A stretch of 48,420 nt of DNA, taken from positions 12,498-60,917 of the forward strand of contig JBKBKV010000004.1 of NCBI GenBank assembly GCA_046294495.1. Direction: 5' to 3'. Within the stretch, counting starts at the first letter, position 1, and every line of letters starts with the position of its first letter. The notes beneath the pieces were generated by a model. It ran no database searches. It worked only from the letters and a program-made list of their open reading frames with translations, and was not told the DNA's origin. Made by a program: the position numbers and the translations under genes. Positions 46,764-48,420 of this stretch are shown here, piece after piece. Source of the DNA: Dehalococcoidia bacterium. GTDB lineage: Bacteria; Chloroflexota; Dehalococcoidia; Lucifugimonadales; HRBIN23.

Positions 46764-48092
46764 CTACCCCTCGTAGGTGCGCTCCGAGAAGAGGGAGCGC
46801 ATAAACTGCAGGTATTGGGCCTTGTTCATGCGGGGCTTGTGCTTGGCCTGCACCTCTTTCGCCTTCGCCGCCCCATCGGCCAGCAGGTCAATGACCGTCC
46901 AGCACATGGCTTTGGCGGCTGTGATAACAGCATTCTGGTAGTCCTGCACCAGGTAGTCGGCCCCGTGGCCGGTGCCTGTGGCCCCGCCCGCGTAGGGGTG
47001 GATAACGGGCATCAGTTGGCTTACATCCCCCATGTCAGTGGAGCCAGTGCGGTGTCCAATTTGACGATAGTTCTCCTCTCCCACCAAGGCCACAGCGTTG
47101 GGGCGATAGACATCCGCCAGTGTGGGGTCGGTGAGCAGGGGAAGGTAACCTGGCAGGGTGGTGATGCTCACCTTTCCCCCAACAGCCAGTGCCCCCGCCC
47201 TCAGACAACGGTCTACCTTTGCATTGGCATCCAGCACCGCTTCCATAGTTCGCCCACGCACGAAGGTTTCCATACGCACATCGGCAGGGACGGAACTCAC
47301 CGCTACGCCGCCACGGGTAATGATGGGGTGGATGCGGATGGTGTCCTCGTCTTTGAAGGTTTCCCGGCTGGCGTGGATGGCGGAAAGGGCGATCATGGCG
47401 GCGTTGAGGGCGTTAATTCCCATGTGAGGGGCACCCCCGGCGTGAGCCGCCCTCCCGTGGAACTGGATAAACTTGGCCACGATGCCGTTGTTGGTGCCAC
47501 TCATGCCCAGCCGCCCCTCTTCTGGGTTGGAGGTGGTGTGGGTCATCATCGCCATGTCCACATCGTCCAGTTCCCCCAGGCGGATGAACTCGGGCTTGCC
47601 CCCCAGGAACTCCACCCTCCCCTGTTTGCGCAGGTCGTTACGCCATTCAATCTCAATGTATTCCTCGGCAGGAACCGCTATAAGCGCCACCCGTCCTGAC
47701 AGGGCTGGCAAAACGCCCGGGGCCAAAAGCCCTACCGCTACGCCCAGGAGCATGCCCAGTTGGGCGTGGTGCCCGCAGGCGTGCGCCGCGCCCGTCTGGG
47801 GGTCAGCCTTCGGATGTTGCGGGATAACAAGGGAGTCCAACTCCCCCATCACCCCCACCGTGGGGCCCGGGCCCCCCCCTGCCACCACCGCTTTCACTCC
47901 TGTGATGGCGATGCCCGTCTTGGGGGCCAGGCCCAGGGAGCGCATAAACCCCTCCACCTGGCGCGCAGTGCGGTGCTCCTTGAAGCCAGGCTCCGGGTGC
48001 TCCAGAATGTCCTGGGAAAAGGCGATGAGGCGGTCGGCTGCCTGGTCTATTGCCGCAGCGGCTAAGCGCTTTAGTTCCTCTCGCGTTGGCAT
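46764..48092 (-). CDS. M20 family amidohydrolase (paralogue 1)
   Basis: Same motifs as the downstream copy (GELDSL, HACGHHAQ, PAEE, GRAAHAG, GSTDMGDVS); SD AAGGAGG. Confidence 0.92.
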   Translation of the reverse strand: MPTREELKRLAAAAIDQAADRLIAFSQDILEHPEPGFKEHRTARQVEGFMRSLGLAPKTGIAITGVKAVVAGGGPGPTVGVMGELDSLVIPQHPKADPQTGAAHACGHHAQLGMLLGVAVGLLAPGVLPALSGRVALIAVPAEEYIEIEWRNDLRKQGRVEFLGGKPEFIRLGELDDVDMAMMTHTTSNPEEGRLGMSGTNNGIVAKFIQFHGRAAHAGGAPHMGINALNAAMIALSAIHASRETFKDEDTIRIHPIITRGGVAVSSVPADVRMETFVRGRTMEAVLDANAKVDRCLRAGALAVGGKVSITTLPGYLPLLTDPTLADVYRPNAVALVGEENYRQIGHRTGSTDMGDVSQLMPVIHPYAGGATGTGHGADYLVQDYQNAVITAAKAMCWTVIDLLADGAAKAKEVQAKHKPRMNKAQYLQFMRSLFSERTYEG

Positions 48093-48134
48093 AGCCCCCT
48101 CCTTCCTGTGGCGCTGACCTGCGAGCCAAGGGTG

Positions 48135-48163
48135 ATTGTAGCAGGGGCTTCACCCCCAAACAA
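48135..48163 (-). promoter_or_regulatory. sigma70 promoter of the upstream amidohydrolase
   Basis: Minus strand TTGTTT-17 bp-TACAAT with extended -10 TG. Confidence 0.5.
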
Positions 48164-48247
48164 GGTGCTTGTGGAAACGCACTGTGGGGCTGCCTAATCT
48201 ACCAGGCAATGCCAGGCAAAATAGCGCCAATAGGGCCTTTTCAGGCC

Positions 48248-48276
48248 TTGCGCCTTGCAACCTCTTGTGATATTCT
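48248..48276 (+). promoter_or_regulatory. sigma70 promoter upstream of the micro-ORF
   Basis: TTGCGC-17 bp-TATTCT with extended -10 TG. Confidence 0.5.
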
Positions 48277-48304
48277 CTCATCTAGCGAAGGGAGGTGAGA
48301 GCCG

Positions 48305-48373
48305 ATGTGTAAATCGTGCGCGGCCCACGCGGGTAAGGCTCCCTCCCCTGAAAAGGGGAAGCCCAAGAAGTAG
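48305..48373 (+). CDS. Putative 22-aa small protein MCKSCAAHAGKAPSPEKGKPKK
   Basis: Strong SD GGAGGTG 7 nt before ATG, upstream promoter, CxxC-xx-H motif. Confidence 0.5.
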   Translation: MCKSCAAHAGKAPSPEKGKPKK

Positions 48374-48420
48374 GCCCTCTTTTTAGGTGAGGCGTTGCCG
48401 AGTCGGCGGGGGCCAGTGGC

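Noticed and set aside
1-48420. CRISPR arrays, rRNA, IS elements, integrases, prophage or defence genes
   Set aside because: No regularly spaced repeats, tRNA-derived att duplications or relevant protein motifs were seen by eye

Overview
GC-rich bacterial chromosomal window, most consistent with Chloroflexota/Dehalococcoidia (SAR202-like). This is inferred from the long RpoD non-conserved region and the LLM, crotonase, amidase, M20 and TldD/E paralogues. It is mostly core genome: dgt(3' end)-dnaG-rpoD-alkA; five tRNAs (Asp-GTC, Ala-GGC, Ser-GCT, Gly-GCC, Pro-GGG); a tRNA-Ser-miaB-nadA-(ahpD-like)-nadB-nadC run; trmI-HD-GNAT; hpt-ade; and a map-infA-rpmJ-rpsM-rpsK-rpsD-rpoA-rplQ-truA-rplM-rpsI cluster detached from secY-adk. 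The right half holds catabolic and accessory genes: MEMO-like, MFS, SelA-like PLP enzyme, M24 peptidase, TPR, TldD/TldE, amidase plus GatC-like subunit, Pta, glycerate kinase, a crotonase-UROD-like-crotonase-LLM operon and tandem M20 amidohydrolases. I saw no rRNA, CRISPR array, transposase, integrase or phage genes. The most notable signals are absent from or split in the ORF track: an AhpD-like CxxU selenoprotein gene (apparently broken) inside the NAD operon, a 53-aa clan-AA aspartic-protease fragment between a frameshifted tldD and tldE, a 22-aa CxxC-xx-H micro-ORF with its own promoter and strong RBS, and an internally duplicated module in the RpoD insertion. No clearly novel multi-gene system is provable from sequence alone. 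Product calls rest on motif recognition, not database searches.
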